Shown one piece after another: positions 9,551 to 21,363 of a DNA stretch of 55,812 nt. Every line of letters starts with the position of its first letter. The first letter of the stretch is position 1. This DNA is from Planctomycetota bacterium. GTDB lineage: Bacteria > Planctomycetota > JAFGQW01. Below the pieces are notes generated by a model. The model had not been told where the DNA came from and did no database searches. It saw only the letters and a list, made by a program, of their open reading frames with translations. The position numbers and the translations under genes are program-made. The stretch spans positions 1-55,812 of the forward strand of contig JAFGQW010000094.1 of NCBI GenBank assembly GCA_016935485.1. The letters run 5' to 3'.

Positions 9551-11107
9551 ATGACGGCTTTTCCCCTGCCGCGGCCGACCCGGAGCTTCCGCGTGACGCT
9601 GCGCCGCAGCCTGATTCGCGGCTCGCTCCGGCGGCAGATCCTGCTGGCGGTGGTGCTGATCAATCTGGCCCTGATCGCGGTGGTGTGGGCGCTGTTCCTC
9701 TACTACGAGAACGAGCGCAACGAGAAGCTCCTCGAGATCGCCCGGGAGGACGTCGATCGCAAGGTGCAGCAGTTCCGGGACGTCTACCTCGGTTTCCTGA
9801 GGCGGGCGGTGTCTCCGGCCGTCAGCGTGCCGGCGCTCATCCGCTGGTCGGGCTGGCTCGACATGCGCTATGTCAAGATCCTCCGCTGGGAGCGGAGCAA
9901 GATCTACATCAATCCGAAGGGGGCGCGGCTGCTGTCGTCCGAGGTGGCCGACGAGGAGGTCGAGCTCGCGCTGATCGAGACGATGGAGGCCGGCGAGGAG
10001 CGGCCCGGGCCCGGCCGGGGCACCTGCATCCCGCTGGAGTTCACGCCCGACCAGCCGTGGGGGGCCATCTACCTCCTGGCGGCCGAGACGCCGCCGCCCG
10101 ACATCCCGAGCCTCGAGTTCCTGAGCCTGTTCTCGACCCTGGCGGTCGGGACCCTGCTCCTGATCCTCGTGACGTACGTGCTACTCAACCGCTTGGTGCT
10201 CGCCCCCCTGGACGTGCTGGTCAAAGACGCGCGCCGGCTCGCCCGCGGCGACTACGCCACCGCCACGCTGGCGCTGCCGGACCGGCGCGACGAGGTGGGC
10301 CGGCTGAGCCTGGCCATCGATCACCTCCGCCAGGAGCTCGCCGCCTACAAGGACGACATGACCGGGCGGGTGGAGCGGGCCCTGGCGCGCGCCAGGGCCT
10401 CCGAACGGAGTCTCACGATCGCCCAGCGGCTGGCGGCCACGGGGAAGCTGGCGGCGGGCATCGCGCACGAGATCAACAACCCCCTGGCCGGGATGCTCAA
10501 CATGACCCGGCGGTTGCGGGAAGGCGGCCTGCTGCCGGAAAAACGCGACCAGTACCTGCGGCTGATCGAGGAGAGCTTGAACCGGATCGAACTGACGCTT
10601 GGGCACCTGATGCGGTCCACGCCGCGCCGCGACATCGAGCTCGGACCGGTGGATCTGCGCGAGGCCGTGGAAGCCGCGTTCGCACTGGTCCGCCACCGCC
10701 TGGTGCGGGCCGGCATCCAGGCCGAGCAGGACCTCGGGGCCGGGCGGCTGATGGTGCTCGCGGACCGCGGCTCGCTGCAGCAGATCTTCCTCAACCTGTT
10801 CCTCAACGCCTGCGATGCCATGCCGGGCGGCGGGCGGCTTGGCGTCGCGGCCCGGGAGCACGAGGGCGAGATCGAGATCCGGGTCCAGGATACCGGCTGC
10901 GGGATGACCCCGGAGGAGATGGACCAGGCGTTCGATCTCTTCTATACCACCAAGCCGGTGGGCGAAGGGACCGGGCTCGGGCTGGGCATCGTGCACACCC
11001 TGGTCCAGGATCTGGGCGGGGAGATCGCGGTGGAGAGCGAGCCGGGCCGCGGCGCGACCTTCTATCTGCGCTTCCCGATGGAGGGGGCGCGGGGCGCCGA
11101 GCCTTGA
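9551..11107 (+). CDS. Membrane sensor histidine kinase (2 TM, HAMP, HisKA, HATPase)
   Basis: AAGIAHEINNPL, QIFLNLFLNACDA, DTGCGM, FYTTKPVGEGTGLGL; SD GGGAGG before ATG 9551. Confidence 0.92.
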   Translation: MTAFPLPRPTRSFRVTLRRSLIRGSLRRQILLAVVLINLALIAVVWALFLYYENERNEKLLEIAREDVDRKVQQFRDVYLGFLRRAVSPAVSVPALIRWSGWLDMRYVKILRWERSKIYINPKGARLLSSEVADEEVELALIETMEAGEERPGPGRGTCIPLEFTPDQPWGAIYLLAAETPPPDIPSLEFLSLFSTLAVGTLLLILVTYVLLNRLVLAPLDVLVKDARRLARGDYATATLALPDRRDEVGRLSLAIDHLRQELAAYKDDMTGRVERALARARASERSLTIAQRLAATGKLAAGIAHEINNPLAGMLNMTRRLREGGLLPEKRDQYLRLIEESLNRIELTLGHLMRSTPRRDIELGPVDLREAVEAAFALVRHRLVRAGIQAEQDLGAGRLMVLADRGSLQQIFLNLFLNACDAMPGGGRLGVAAREHEGEIEIRVQDTGCGMTPEEMDQAFDLFYTTKPVGEGTGLGLGIVHTLVQDLGGEIAVESEPGRGATFYLRFPMEGARGAEP

Positions 11108-11117
11108 CGGAAACCCC

Positions 11118-11146
11118 TTGCCAAAGCCGGCGCCGGACGATAGGGT
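11118..11146 (+). promoter_or_regulatory. Sigma70-like promoter
   Basis: TTGCCA-17bp-TAGGGT; supports start 11208 for the next gene. Confidence 0.5.
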
Positions 11147-11207
11147 AAGGCCTTCCGTTCGACATTCTCATCTTGGTGTCCTCTGGGCGGAGCTAGGGAG
11201 TTACGCC

Positions 11208-11708
11208 ATGCGAGTGCGACTGCGCGGGTCGCGGGACCTGCTAACCCTGGTGCTGGTGGCGGCGGCGGCCTACATCGTGGGCCGGGACAGCGCCCCCACG
11301 CCGCTCCAGGCGGATACCGTCGACCACAACCGGGACATGATCGCGGTCACCGGGGAGTTCGGGATGGGGACCTCCGTGCTCTACCTGGTGGACACCCGGG
11401 CGCGGAGCCTGGCGGTGTACGAGGCGCGGGGTGGCAGCCAGTCCAACCTGAAATTTCTGGCGGCCCGTGATATCGCTTATGATTTGAAGGTTCGCAGCTA
11501 TAATGACCTGACCGAAGCCGGGATGAAGGTGGAGGAGCTGGAGCGTCGCTGGCGGCAGTTCGCTGGACGGCAGGGCGCCGGGGCGGGTCTGCCGGCGCCG
11601 GGCCAGGCGTTGCCGCCCGGGCGGCAGGCGCCGGGCCCCGGCGGCGAGCCTCTGCCCGACCGGCCCGAGGACGGAGGCTCGAAGAAGGAGGGCCCGAAGA
11701 TCGAGTGA
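11208..11708 (+). CDS. Hypothetical membrane-anchored protein
   Basis: N-terminal TM helix, globular core (VLYLVDTRARSLAVYE...AARDIAYDL), Pro/Gly tail; SD GGGAG. Confidence 0.75.
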   Translation: MRVRLRGSRDLLTLVLVAAAAYIVGRDSAPTPLQADTVDHNRDMIAVTGEFGMGTSVLYLVDTRARSLAVYEARGGSQSNLKFLAARDIAYDLKVRSYNDLTEAGMKVEELERRWRQFAGRQGAGAGLPAPGQALPPGRQAPGPGGEPLPDRPEDGGSKKEGPKIE

Positions 11709-11816
11709 GACGGCGGCGGGAACGCGCCGCGAGATTTCGAGTCGATTCAGTCACGTCAGAGGGAAAAGAAGCCCGCCTTGGCAAGCGGCAAGCGGCGGGC
11801 GCCAGGAGGTACGCTG

Positions 11817-12410
11817 ATGGCCGACGAGTTCTATGACTTTGACAAGGCGCTGAACGAGCTGAGCATGGAGGAAGAGGAGCTCAAGCGTCTGGTGTCTGCT
11901 GGCGAGATCCGCGCGTTCCGCAGCAAGGGCCAGATGAAGTTCCGCAAGCAGGACATCGATGAGCTCCGTCGGAGCGAGCGGCGGTCGGCCGGCGAGCCGG
12001 AGGAGACGCTCACGGACGAGCTGGTGTTTGACGAGGCGGATCAGATCTCGCTGGACGACGAGGAGGGGATGGCCACCGCGAAGATCGACGAGCAAGACAC
12101 GCTCATCGACGAGGAGCTGCCGGAGATCGAGAGCGATCTGTCGGATCTCGAGGCGGCGCCGCCGGCGGGGCGCACTCCCAGCAAGGGCCGCACGACGGTC
12201 ACGCGCCGCGCCACGCGCGTCACCCGGATGCGCGAGGCGGATGAGGCGCGCAAGGCCGCGAGCCCGGTCTTTGCCGCGCTCATGATCCTGACCGCCCTGC
12301 TGATGCTCTACGGAGTCGCGATCCTGTCGAACATCGCGACCAACAACAACACGGGAATGACCAAGGGCGTTTCCGAATTCATGGTGGACAGCTTCGCTTC
12401 GGGCTCGTAG
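11817..12410 (+). CDS. Excisionase/MerR-like HTH protein with acidic linker and C-terminal TM helix
   Basis: FYDFDKALNELSMEEEELKRLVSAGEIRAFRSKGQMKFRKQDIDEL; D/E-rich middle; hydrophobic C-terminal segment; SD AGGAGG. Confidence 0.82.
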   Translation: MADEFYDFDKALNELSMEEEELKRLVSAGEIRAFRSKGQMKFRKQDIDELRRSERRSAGEPEETLTDELVFDEADQISLDDEEGMATAKIDEQDTLIDEELPEIESDLSDLEAAPPAGRTPSKGRTTVTRRATRVTRMREADEARKAASPVFAALMILTALLMLYGVAILSNIATNNNTGMTKGVSEFMVDSFASGS

Positions 12411-12714
12411 CGCTCGGGTCGGCCCGGGGGCCGGAGTGAGGTCCGGGTGGGCACGCGGTGTGTGGGCAGCGACCCGGCGGTCCGGGAGCGCGACCGCGAG
12501 CGGCCCGCTCTGGCGGCCGAGTGCCCGGAGACCCGGGCGCAGAGAGACAAGGGCCGGAGGGCTGACGCTGGTTTCGAGGCGGTTTCCTGTTTTCTCGACG
12601 TGGAGTACGCCGGTGTGATTCCGTGGGCGGGACCCGGCTCGCGGTGAGCGGCGGGGGTTCGGCGCGCGCCGCGGGTGTCCTCCATGAGGTGTGGGCGGGA
12701 ATGGAGCGGCCGAC

Positions 12715-13416
12715 ATGGGAGTGGATCGTCTCTGGATCTGGGTATCGCTGTGTATTCTGGTCATCCTGGCCGGGTGCGTGAGCAAGGCGGACTACGACCG
12801 GCTCGACCAGGTCCGCCAGGAACAGGATCGCGTGATCGCGAACCTGAGGAACTACAACCGCGAACTCCAGATGAAGCATGATCGGGCGGTCAGCAGCGAT
12901 CCGCTGAAGGACGAGAGAATCGTGCGACTCGAGAAGGAGCTCGAGATCTACAAGGAGGAGAACGAGAAGCTGCGCGCCGAGATGGAAAGCCGCTTCGCGC
13001 GCAGCGACCTGCCCCAGGGGTTCACGCCCGAGCCGTGGGGCATCCGGGCCGAGGGCGCCGCACTGTTCGATTCGGGACAGCACACGCTCAAGGCGAGCGG
13101 CCAGGCAGCGCTGCGCCAGCTCGCGCCGTCGCTCCAGGGGCTCAGAATCCGGGTCGAGGGACATACCGATACGGACCCGGTGCGTCACACCAAGGAGCGC
13201 TATCCGTACGGGAACCTCCAGCTCAGCGGCATGCGGGCGCTCGAGGTGGCGAACTTCCTCATCCGCGAATGCAAGCTCGACGCGAATAACATCTCGTTTT
13301 CGGGCTGCGGCGAGTACGACCCGATCGCACCCAACGACACGCCGGCGAACAAGGCCAAGAACCGCCGCGTGGATATCCGCGCGCTCCAGGTGCTGAAGGA
13401 GTCGCCCAGGCCCTGA
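12715..13416 (+). CDS. OmpA/MotB-family peptidoglycan-binding lipoprotein with coiled coil
   Basis: Lipobox LAGC; LFDSG, RVEGHTD, NLQLSGMRA, NRRVDI. Confidence 0.88.
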   Translation: MGVDRLWIWVSLCILVILAGCVSKADYDRLDQVRQEQDRVIANLRNYNRELQMKHDRAVSSDPLKDERIVRLEKELEIYKEENEKLRAEMESRFARSDLPQGFTPEPWGIRAEGAALFDSGQHTLKASGQAALRQLAPSLQGLRIRVEGHTDTDPVRHTKERYPYGNLQLSGMRALEVANFLIRECKLDANNISFSGCGEYDPIAPNDTPANKAKNRRVDIRALQVLKESPRP

Positions 13417-13449
13417 GTTGCGCCGCGGGCTGGGGCGGAGCCGCACGCG

Positions 13450-14673
13450 ATGAGCTTCCGGCAATGCTGTCGTCTTTCGCGGCGCGCGCCCGGCTTGTAC
13501 CTGCGGGCCGGTGTTCCCGGCGGACTCGTGCTGCTGGCGGTCGTGGGCGCGCTCGCGGGCTGCGGCGAGCCGACCGGCGCGCTGGTGCCGGAGCGGGCGC
13601 CCGATCCGGCGGCGGCCATCGTCTTCGACATGGTCGTAATCGAGCGGGAGGGAGAGGCGCCGCCGTTTCTTCTCGACCGCTTCGAGGTCACCAACGCGCA
13701 GTTCGCGGAGTTCCTCGCAGCGACCGGCTACGACTGGAAGCATGCCGACCCGAGGCTCTGGGAACCGGGCGGGCGGTGGCTCAGGCGCGAAGGCCAGGCG
13801 GAGGGGGAGCACCCGGTGGTTCGGGTCACCCTTGAGGATGCCCGCGCCTGGGCGCGCTGGGCCGGAAAGCGGCTGCCGACCTTTGCGGAATGGGTGCGCG
13901 CCGCCAATCGCCGGGGCCGGGCGGAGTACCCCTGGGGGTCGCGCTCGCCCGAGCAGTACTACACCAACTCCCAGTCCTCCGGCCTTTTTTCCACGGCGCC
14001 GGTCGGAGCCTTTCCCAGCGGTCGCAGCGACAGCGGGGCCTTCGACATGGTGGGCAACGTCTGGGAATGGACGGACTCCGTTCCCGAGCTCTGGTCCCGG
14101 GATCTGCCCCTGGTGCGCAAGGCAGTACTCGTATACCCGTGGTTCGGCGCGCTGCTTCCCGGACTGGATACGACCGTGCGCCGCGAGCGCGTGATCCTCG
14201 ATCCGGCCGATCCGATCGGCTTCCCGGGGCTGTTGCCCGGACTGGACAGCCGCCCGGAGAAGATGTTCGACGTGAACTCCCGGGTTCCCGTACCGTACGC
14301 CGGCCGCGGCAGGCTGGTGGTGGGTGGCGGTTTCCGCAACCGGGTCATCCCGAATTTCGATCTCGCCGACGTCCGGGGCGAGCTGGTCTACGAGGAGCTC
14401 GAGCGCGGCATCTGCTCGATCCAGCTCGTCGAACCGGAGGAATGGCGAGACGACCTGGGGTTTCGCTGCGCCCGCGACCTCGGGCCCGTGGAGGTTCGCA
14501 TCTTCCTCGACGCGCTGGTGCGCGCGACCCCGAAGGAACGCGGTCGCATCGCGCAGGGTCTGGTGCGCATGGGCGCCGATCTTGTGGCGGGAGAGCTCGA
14601 AGGCGTCGCGGCGGGCGCGGATGCGGATCTCGCCGACCACATGCGCCGGATCCGTGAAGAACTCGGACGCTGA
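13450..14673 (+). CDS. SUMF1/FGE-sulfatase-domain lipoprotein
   Basis: LAGC; FEVTNAQF, HPVVRVT, KRLPTFAEW, YPWG, DMVGNVWEW, GFRCAR. Confidence 0.85.
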   Translation: MSFRQCCRLSRRAPGLYLRAGVPGGLVLLAVVGALAGCGEPTGALVPERAPDPAAAIVFDMVVIEREGEAPPFLLDRFEVTNAQFAEFLAATGYDWKHADPRLWEPGGRWLRREGQAEGEHPVVRVTLEDARAWARWAGKRLPTFAEWVRAANRRGRAEYPWGSRSPEQYYTNSQSSGLFSTAPVGAFPSGRSDSGAFDMVGNVWEWTDSVPELWSRDLPLVRKAVLVYPWFGALLPGLDTTVRRERVILDPADPIGFPGLLPGLDSRPEKMFDVNSRVPVPYAGRGRLVVGGGFRNRVIPNFDLADVRGELVYEELERGICSIQLVEPEEWRDDLGFRCARDLGPVEVRIFLDALVRATPKERGRIAQGLVRMGADLVAGELEGVAAGADADLADHMRRIREELGR

Positions 14674-15586
14674 GGCCGGGCGCCTGCCGCGAACGGGGCG
14701 CGAGCTCCAGGCATTCCTCCGGGCCCACGGCGTGCGACCCCGCCGGCGCCTCGGGCAGAACTTCATGGTCGACCCGAACCTGGTGGCGTTCGTGGTGCGG
14801 GCGGCGCACCTCGCGGCGGGCGACCGCGTGCTCGAGATCGGCACCGGGACGGGCGTGCTCACCGAGGCGCTGGCGGCCCAGGGGGCCGAGGTGGTGACCG
14901 TGGAGGCGGACCCCAGGCTGTACGCCCTGGTGGCGGGCCGGCTCGGACAGGGCGTCTCCGTGCGTGCGATCTGCGCGGACGCCCTCGCGACCAAGCACCG
15001 GCTGTCCGCGGAGGTCGAGGCGGTCCTTCAGGCGTGGGGTCCGGGCGGGTACCACGTGGTCGCGAACCTGCCGTACTCGATCGCCGCGGCCCTGCTGGTC
15101 AACCTGTTGCGACACCCTGCGCGCCCGCGGGCGCTCGTCGTGACCGTCCAGAGGGAGGTGGCCGATCGACTGCTTTCTCCGGCGGGAACGTCGAGCTACG
15201 GCCGGCTCGGCGTCGAGGTGCAGCTCAGAGCGCGGGTCGCCCGGCTCCGGGACGTGCCCCCCGAGGTCTTCTGGCCGCGTCCCGAGGTGCAGTCGAGCGT
15301 CGTCGACATCGTGCCCTTCCCGGAGGGAATGCGGCCGGCTCCGGCCGACGAGACGGCGTTTAGCCGCTTCTTGAAGCAGGTTTTCGGCCAGCGGCGCAAG
15401 CGGCTTACGGCCGTGTTCCGGGACCACCGTCCGGCGGTTGTCCGTTTTCTGGAGGAGCAGGGCCTCAAGGCCTCGACGCGGGGCGAGGTGCTCGATCCCG
15501 GGCAGCTCGTCAAGGCCTTCGCGGCTCTCTCCGCCGGAGACGCGGAGAAGGGTCCCGTTGCGGATCCGCAGGGTCCGAAGGCCTGA
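14654..15586 (+). CDS. rsmA: 16S rRNA (adenine-N6) dimethyltransferase RsmA/KsgA
   Basis: LGQNF, VLEIGTGTG, VVANLPYSI, QREVADRL, FWPRPEVQS, FGQRRK; start (GTG 14654) approximate. Confidence 0.93.
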   Translation: MKNSDAEAGRLPRTGRELQAFLRAHGVRPRRRLGQNFMVDPNLVAFVVRAAHLAAGDRVLEIGTGTGVLTEALAAQGAEVVTVEADPRLYALVAGRLGQGVSVRAICADALATKHRLSAEVEAVLQAWGPGGYHVVANLPYSIAAALLVNLLRHPARPRALVVTVQREVADRLLSPAGTSSYGRLGVEVQLRARVARLRDVPPEVFWPRPEVQSSVVDIVPFPEGMRPAPADETAFSRFLKQVFGQRRKRLTAVFRDHRPAVVRFLEEQGLKASTRGEVLDPGQLVKAFAALSAGDAEKGPVADPQGPKA

Positions 15587-16069
15587 CCGGTGCGCGCGGG
15601 CGGGGCCTGCGGTAGTCTCCAAGGTAGCGGGGCATCCGGGTTCCGAGGGCTTCCCGCCGGGAATCTCTTGGCCGCACCCGCCGGAATGTGATATAAATCT
15701 GAGGATTCTCAGCCGAAATGACCGACCATAAGTTTATGAAAGAGAGGGCTTTGTAGCGATCTGCCCAGGAGGCTCCTCCGCGGGAGGGCGCTTGGGTTCG
15801 CCTCTCCATGGGATCAGGGCGTGATCGCGGCCCGCCCGGGAGCGGCGGCGCCCCGGAACGTGGAGGCACGACGGCTGGACCGTGGGATGGTCGCGCCTGA
15901 GGCGGCGCGAGCGCGTAGTGCGAGACGGCGGACCAGGGGTTCCGCCCGGACGAGGGGGCTCGGGGTCGGCGGCGGCGTGCGCGATCGCGCTGCTGCCCGG
16001 CGCCGGCGCCGGCGGCGCGGCTCTCCGCGCGGGAGCGGCGCCAGGGGCATCGGGAGGAGCGGTTCGCTC

Positions 16070-17995
16070 TTGATCTCGCCGGATCAGATAGAGAGCATTC
16101 GCCAGGCCACGGACATCGTGGAACTGGTCTCGCGCTACCTGCTGCTCAAGCCCTCCGGTCGGAACTTCGTCGCGGTCTGTCCCTTCCACCGCGAGAAGAC
16201 CCCTTCCTTCAACGTCAACCCCGAGCGCCAGATCTTCAAGTGCTTCGGCTGCCAGGCCGCGGGCGACGTCTTTCGCTTCGTGATGCAGATGGAGAACGTG
16301 ACCTTCCCGGAAGCGGCCCGGATGCTGGCCGAGCGCGCCGGGATCCGCCTCGAGGCGGCGACCGGCGGGGACCGGGATCGGCTCGACCGGGAGCGCCTCG
16401 CGGAGGCGCTGGCGTTCGCGGCGGCACTCTACGCGAAGACGCTGCTGAGGGAAGCGGCCGGAGCCCCGGGTCGCGCGTACCTCGAGCGGCGCGGCGTGTT
16501 GCCCGAGCTGGCCCGGGAATGGGGCCTCGGCTATGCCCCGGATGACCGCGGGTATCTGGTCTCGCGGGCGCGGCGCGAGGGATTCACCCCGGACGAGCTG
16601 GAGAAGGCCGGGCTCTCGTATCCGGCCCGCGAGGGCGCGCCGGGCGGGGACCGGTTCCTGGAGCGGGTGATGTTCCCGATTCACAATGCGCGCGAGCAGA
16701 TCGCGGGCTTCGGGGGCCGGGCGGTGCGGGAGGACCAGAAGGCCAAGTACATCAACTCGGCCGAGGGCCCGCTGTTTCAGAAGAGCCGCCTTCTCTACGG
16801 CCTGCACCGGGTCCAGCGAGCGCGCCGGGATCCGGACTTTCGGGCGGCACCTTACTACGTGGCCGAGGGCTACCTCGACGTCATGGCGCTTCATGCTGCG
16901 GGCGTGCGGACGGCCGTGGCGCCGCTGGGTACGGCACTCACGGCGGAGCAGGCGCGGATCCTGCGAGCGGCCGGGACCGGAGTGGTCCTCGTGTTCGACG
17001 GAGACGAGGCGGGAGAGGCGGCCAGTCGGCGCGCCATCGCGGAGCTGGTGCGCCAGGACGTGGACGTGCACGTGACGCGCCCCACGCCCGGGCGCGACCC
17101 CTTCAGCATCTTCGAGGAGGACGGGCCCGCAATCCTGAGAAGCGTGGTGGACTGCACCGTTTCGGCCTATCAGTTCCTGCTGGGCCGGGCGCTGGCGCGC
17201 CATGGCGACACCGTGGAGGGCAGGGCCGCGACGGCCGGCGATCTCGCGGATGTCCTCGGCCAGACGGTGAACCCGATGAAGGAGGAAGGCTACATCCGTC
17301 AGGCGGCGTTCGACCTCCGGACCGACGCAGCGGCGCTTCGGCGCGTATGGCGGGAGCGCCGTTCCGGACGGCCGGTGCCGGCAAGCCCCGTTGCGGCGGC
17401 TGGGCAGACGGTGCATGGCGACGGAGACACCAAGGCGGAGCTGGATCTCGCGCTCGCGCTGATCGGCCGGCCAGAGCTCGTCGGCGAGGCCGTCGCGCGG
17501 ATCCCGCTGGAGCGCCTCCGCGACCCGCGGGTCCGGGCCGTGGTGGGCGTCTTCTATGACCTCGAGGAGGAGCGCCGCGGCGTCGATCCGGCGCGGGTGC
17601 TGGATCGGCTGCAGAGCGAGCAAGACCAGGCCGCGCGCGAGCTCGCGACGGACCTGATCCTGGAGGCGGACCGCAGGTGGCGGATGCGCGAGGAGGGGCG
17701 GACCGACCGGGACCGCGATCCGTTCGCGGATCTGCTCGCGGGGTTCCTCGATCACCTCGCGCGCCGCGAGGCGCGCGCGCACCGCGAGCGGCTGATGGCC
17801 GGCTTGCGGGAGGCCGTGGCCCGGGCGGACCCGCGCGCGGTGGACGACAACTTGGCGGCGCTGTCGGAAGCCTATCGGACGGGCCCTCAGGACGGGGGCC
17901 CGAGCGGCGCGGTCCCGTGCGGGCCGCCGATCCGGGTAGCGGAGGCCGAGGGAAGAGAGGGGCCAAGCCGGGCGGAGGATTCGCTCGTGGGGTGA
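16070..17995 (+). CDS. dnaG: DNA primase
   Basis: [11 protein letters not shown]...CFGC zinc finger, [22 protein letters not shown]; TTG start after GGAGGAG. Confidence 0.95.
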   Translation: MISPDQIESIRQATDIVELVSRYLLLKPSGRNFVAVCPFHREKTPSFNVNPERQIFKCFGCQAAGDVFRFVMQMENVTFPEAARMLAERAGIRLEAATGGDRDRLDRERLAEALAFAAALYAKTLLREAAGAPGRAYLERRGVLPELAREWGLGYAPDDRGYLVSRARREGFTPDELEKAGLSYPAREGAPGGDRFLERVMFPIHNAREQIAGFGGRAVREDQKAKYINSAEGPLFQKSRLLYGLHRVQRARRDPDFRAAPYYVAEGYLDVMALHAAGVRTAVAPLGTALTAEQARILRAAGTGVVLVFDGDEAGEAASRRAIAELVRQDVDVHVTRPTPGRDPFSIFEEDGPAILRSVVDCTVSAYQFLLGRALARHGDTVEGRAATAGDLADVLGQTVNPMKEEGYIRQAAFDLRTDAAALRRVWRERRSGRPVPASPVAAAGQTVHGDGDTKAELDLALALIGRPELVGEAVARIPLERLRDPRVRAVVGVFYDLEEERRGVDPARVLDRLQSEQDQAARELATDLILEADRRWRMREEGRTDRDRDPFADLLAGFLDHLARREARAHRERLMAGLREAVARADPRAVDDNLAALSEAYRTGPQDGGPSGAVPCGPPIRVAEAEGREGPSRAEDSLVG

Positions 17996-18077
17996 AGTGA
18001 GGGAGCGCCCGGTTCCCCGGGCAAGCGTGCTCGGGGCGCGGGGGCTGCCGGCCGGAGGGAGTGCCAGGGAGGACGCC

Positions 18078-19727
<1,650 letters not shown>

Positions 19728-19770
19728 CGTGTGCCTCCGGCGACCGAACCGTTGCGGGCCGCGGGCTCTG

Positions 19771-19797
19771 CCCCTGCCACGAGGCAGGGGTTTTTTT
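19771..19797 (+). terminator. Intrinsic terminator after rpoD
   Basis: CCCCTGCC-ACGA-GGCAGGGG followed by T7. Confidence 0.9.
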
Positions 19798-19898
19798 GTG
19801 GGCGTCGCGGCGGCGCGCTGCGCGCGGGTGCGGCTGAACACACGCGGGGTCGGCGGCGGATCCAGACCGTCGGGCGGCCCGCGACTGGGTGAATCGCC

Positions 19899-20624
19899 AT
19901 GAAGAAGACGCTCAAGAGGCTGACTGTATTGCAGGAGATCGACGCGCGGATCCATGCGCTCCGGCTGCGCCGCGACGAGATTCCACGTCAGATCGAGGAA
20001 CAGGTCGGCGCGCTCGAGCGCGCCGAGGCCCGGTTCCGGGCGCTCGAGGAGCGCGCCCGCGACGTGCGTCGGACGCTGGACTCAAAGACCCTGGAGCTCC
20101 GGGCGCTCGAGGAGAAGACCTACCAGAAGGAGGTGCAGCTCAACACGCTGCGCACCAACGAGTCCTACCGGGTGATGCTCCGGGAGATCGCGGGGCTCAA
20201 GGCCGACGGCTCGCGCATCGAGGACGCCATCCTGGAGCTGAGCTACGGACTCGACGAGCTGGGCGGCACGCTCGCCGCGGCGCGGAAGGACGTGGACGCT
20301 GCGCGGCGCGAGCACGAGCAGCGCCAGGCGGAACTGAAGGAGCGGGCCGGAGGTCTGGATCGCGAGATCGAGGCGCTCGCGGCCGAGCGCCGGGCGCGCG
20401 CCGCCGGGATCGACGCCGGGACGCTGGCGCTCTACGACCGGATTCTCGCCCGGCGCCAGAGCCACGCGCTCGCCGCCGTCCGGGACCAGCACTGCCAGGG
20501 CTGCCAGATGAAGCTCACGCTGCACGAGATGACGCAGCTTCTGTCGTGCAAGGAGCTGCTCAGCTGCCGGACGTGTTCCCGCCTCCTCTACCTCGAGGAG
20601 GTGGTGGATTCCGTGGGGGCGTGA
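19899..20624 (+). CDS. Coiled-coil protein with C4 zinc ribbon (DUF164/CdsZ-like)
   Basis: LQEIDARI, long coiled coil, CQGC...CRTCSRLLY; lies upstream of rnpB. Confidence 0.88.
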   Translation: MKKTLKRLTVLQEIDARIHALRLRRDEIPRQIEEQVGALERAEARFRALEERARDVRRTLDSKTLELRALEEKTYQKEVQLNTLRTNESYRVMLREIAGLKADGSRIEDAILELSYGLDELGGTLAAARKDVDAARREHEQRQAELKERAGGLDREIEALAAERRARAAGIDAGTLALYDRILARRQSHALAAVRDQHCQGCQMKLTLHEMTQLLSCKELLSCRTCSRLLYLEEVVDSVGA

Positions 20625-20885
20625 GCGGGGCGACGGCGCGGCGGTCCGGGGCGGGATCGAGGTCCCGGCCGGATCCCGGCCCTTGACCCCAACCGCAAAG
20701 CCACCCACCATTTGTGGGTCTGCCGGGAGAGACGTCCCCGGGTCGGTGCGGGGATCGAGCGCGGTTGCGGACGATCCTGGCGGGCGGAGTCTTCGCGGGG
20801 AAGCCCCGCTGCCGGACGTCGCGCGGAAGGAGGAGGCCGCCCGGGCCGCCGGCGGCCGGAGCCCGTCCGCGATTTCGAGATTCAT

Positions 20886-21271
20886 GGAAGTGGGCCGGGC
20901 GACCGCGGCGGACGCTGCGTCCGTCGAGGAAAGTCCGGGCTCCAAAGGGCAGGGTGGTGGGTAATGCCCACCGGGAGTGATCCCAGAGCCAGTGCAACAG
21001 AAAGGATACCGCCTCGCTTGCGAGGTAAGGGTGAAATGGTGGAGTAAGAGCCCACCAGCGGGGGGAGCGATCCCTCCGGCTCGGTAAACCTCACCCGGAG
21101 CAAGGCCGAATAGGGAAGGACGAGGCGGCCCGCCTCCTCGTCGGCCGCCGGGCAACCGGCGCCGACTACTTCCGGGTAGGCCGCTCGAGGCAGCCGGTGA
21201 CGGCTGTCCCAGAGAAATGGTCGCCGCCGCCCCTCGGGGCGGGACAGAACCCGGCTTACAGGCCCACTTCC
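20886..21271 (+). ncRNA. rnpB: RNase P RNA (type A)
   Basis: GAGGAAAGTCCGGGC, AGTGCAACAGAAA, GGGTGAAA, GGTAAACC, GAGCAAG, ACAGAACCCGGCTTA; P1 helix GGAAGTGGGCC/GGCCCACTTCC. Confidence 0.97.
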
Positions 21272-21363
21272 TTGTCTTTCTCCGCCCCCCGGGGGGGGCG
21301 CATCGGGCGGCGTCCGGAGCCGCCAGCCCGCGGGCCGTCCCCGCGCAGGAAAGACGTCATATC

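Noticed and set aside
20683-20885. Possible 6S RNA or other ncRNA between a TTGACC-17-CACCAT promoter candidate and rnpB
   Set aside because: I could not fold it into a long rod with a central bubble; it may be a precursor leader only. An Rfam scan would decide.
21217-21363. N-terminal extension of RseP in the ORF track (similar extensions on PilC, DnaG, RpoD, ParA, DUF4340 and paralogs 1 and 4)
   Set aside because: Extensions overlap rnpB, other genes or promoters; downstream starts fit SD sequences and family N-termini better.
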